Assembly (NCBI GenBank): GCA_964633445.1
Contig: CAZWFW010000003.1
Location: 1-45,845, forward strand
DNA length: 45,845 bases
Direction: 5' to 3'
Source of the DNA: Candidatus Undinarchaeota archaeon
GTDB taxonomy: Archaea; Undinarchaeota; CAZWFW01
The notes below the pieces were generated by a model. It searched no databases. It saw only the letters and a program-made list of their open reading frames with translations, and was not told the DNA's origin. Positions 44,924 to 45,845 of this stretch are shown here, piece by piece (position 1 is the first letter of the stretch; each line of letters opens with the position of its first letter). Position numbers and translations under genes: made by a program.

Positions 44924-45845
44924 TAGATTTTAATACAAAAATAAAACCAATGCTTGCCTATCCCGCGAAGCCATTCAACGATCCCAATTTCATCTATGAA
45001 ATAAAATTCGATGGTACCAGAACAATTGCTTATGTGAATGTTGAGGAGAAAAAGATTAAATTTTTAAACAGGCGTATGATTTGGTTTGAGCATAGATATC
45101 CAGAGCTACATAAAATTTATGAGGTAATTGATGCCAAAAAAGTGATATTGGATGGAGAAATAGTTGTATTTGAGGAGGGTAAGCCAAATTTTTATAAGCT
45201 GGCTGAAAGAGAGCACGTAGATGATGAGTTCAGAATAAATTTGCTTGCAAAAACTATACCAGCGACATTTGTTGTATTTGATATTCTTTACAAAGATGGT
45301 GAGGATTTAACACTTAAACCGTTGTTAGAGAGGAAAGAGTTGCTGGAGAAGGTTGTTAGTGAAAGCGAGGAGCATCATTTGCTTTTATCTCGCTATATTG
45401 AGGAAAAAGGAGAGATATTCTTTGAGAAATGTAAAAAAATAGGATTGGAGGGTGTAGTTGCTAAAAGAAAAGACTCCGTTTATGAAATAGGAAGAAGAAG
45501 CAAAAATTGGAGGAAAATAAAAGCTTTGCAGACTGTTGATGCCGTTATATGCGGTTATACCAAGGGCGAGGGTAGGCGCAAAGATACGCTTGGCGCTTTG
45601 CTGCTAGCTATGTATGATGGTGGTAAGTTGAGATATATTGGAAGGGTTGGTACTGGTTTTGACGATGCGACCCTCAGACAACTAAAGCAGATTCTAGATA
45701 AGCTAAAAACGGATAGAAATCCTTTTGAGATATTTGAGGAAGAGCCCCACATAGTTGAGAAGATGGTTTTTACAAAACCAGTTCTTGTTGCAGAGGTCAA
45801 ATTTATGGAGTGGACAAAAGATAAAAAGTTAAGAGCACCAAGTTT
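44920..45845 (+). CDS. ligD: ATP-dependent DNA ligase, LigD ligase-domain type (3' end beyond the window)
   Basis: This open frame is absent from the ORF track because no stop is reached. My translation begins MIDFNTKIKPMLAYPAKPFNDPNFIYEIKFDGTR (motif I KxDG). It continues with ILDGEIVVF, FVVFDILY, LEGVVAKRKDSVY, NWRKIK and ...KLRAPSF at the edge, which is the LigD-like motif order. Confidence 0.9.
   Translation, partial: MIDFNTKIKPMLAYPAKPFNDPNFIYEIKFDGTRTIAYVNVEEKKIKFLNRRMIWFEHRYPELHKIYEVIDAKKVILDGEIVVFEEGKPNFYKLAEREHVDDEFRINLLAKTIPATFVVFDILYKDGEDLTLKPLLERKELLEKVVSESEEHHLLLSRYIEEKGEIFFEKCKKIGLEGVVAKRKDSVYEIGRRSKNWRKIKALQTVDAVICGYTKGEGRRKDTLGALLLAMYDGGKLRYIGRVGTGFDDATLRQLKQILDKLKTDRNPFEIFEEEPHIVEKMVFTKPVLVAEVKFMEWTKDKKLRAPS

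Noticed and set aside
34166-45800. Track ORFs 34166-34417, 35108-35308, 35725-35964, 36447-36970 (three ORFs), 38226-38770 (two), 39394-39902 (two), 40067-40252, 40518-40778, 40854-41042, 41078-42305 (three), 42309-43043 (two), 43334-43591, 44155-44470 (two) and 45555-45800.
   Set aside because: All overlap longer ORFs with clear family signatures: DUF58, MoxR, the CARDB proteins, MetRS, TrxB, CNNM, the small exporter, Ku and the ligase. They are antisense or out-of-frame, and none stands alone.
1-45845. A scan for CRISPR arrays, transposases/IS elements, integrases, toxin-antitoxin pairs, rRNA genes and complete tRNAs.
   Set aside because: I saw no regularly spaced direct repeats. No ORFs carried DDE, tyrosine- or serine-recombinase signatures. 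No other GC-rich structured islands occur in the intergenic regions. This was a scan by eye, so short or degenerate elements could have been missed.

Overview
Compact, AT-rich archaeal chromosome segment with about 48 genes, mostly separated by under 50 bp or overlapping by 1-20 nt. All calls rest on motif recognition by eye and gene context; no homology search was run. Archaeal information-processing genes occur throughout: Orc1/Cdc6, an Lhr helicase, a class I CCA-adding enzyme, a NOG1 GTPase and an NFACT/Rqc2 homolog. One long operon runs OB-fold protein, PCNA, primase, GINS, L44e, S27e, aIF2-alpha, Nop10, PAC2. The primase looks like a single-chain PriS + PriL-CTD fusion, which suggests a small-genome (DPANN-like) archaeon. 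Accessory-looking content, in window order:
- (1) A stand-alone head-to-head NurA/HerA-like pair.
- (2) A tight four-gene operon: SAM methyltransferase-TPR, two paralogous small membrane proteins, and a radical SAM/SPASM maturase. This is my best candidate for an undescribed system.
- (3) A frame-scrambled Cys-rich domain gene.
- (4) A MoxR / DUF58 / DUF4350 / transglutaminase-DUF4129 module. It is flanked by two convergent surface proteins that share a CARDB + TM + cytoplasmic zinc-ribbon tail.
- (5) A bacterial-type NHEJ operon (Ku, small membrane protein, LigD-type ligase) that runs off the right edge.
The left edge carries a GC-rich fragment that may be the 5' end of RNase P RNA. I saw no CRISPR array, transposase, integrase, rRNA or complete tRNA.
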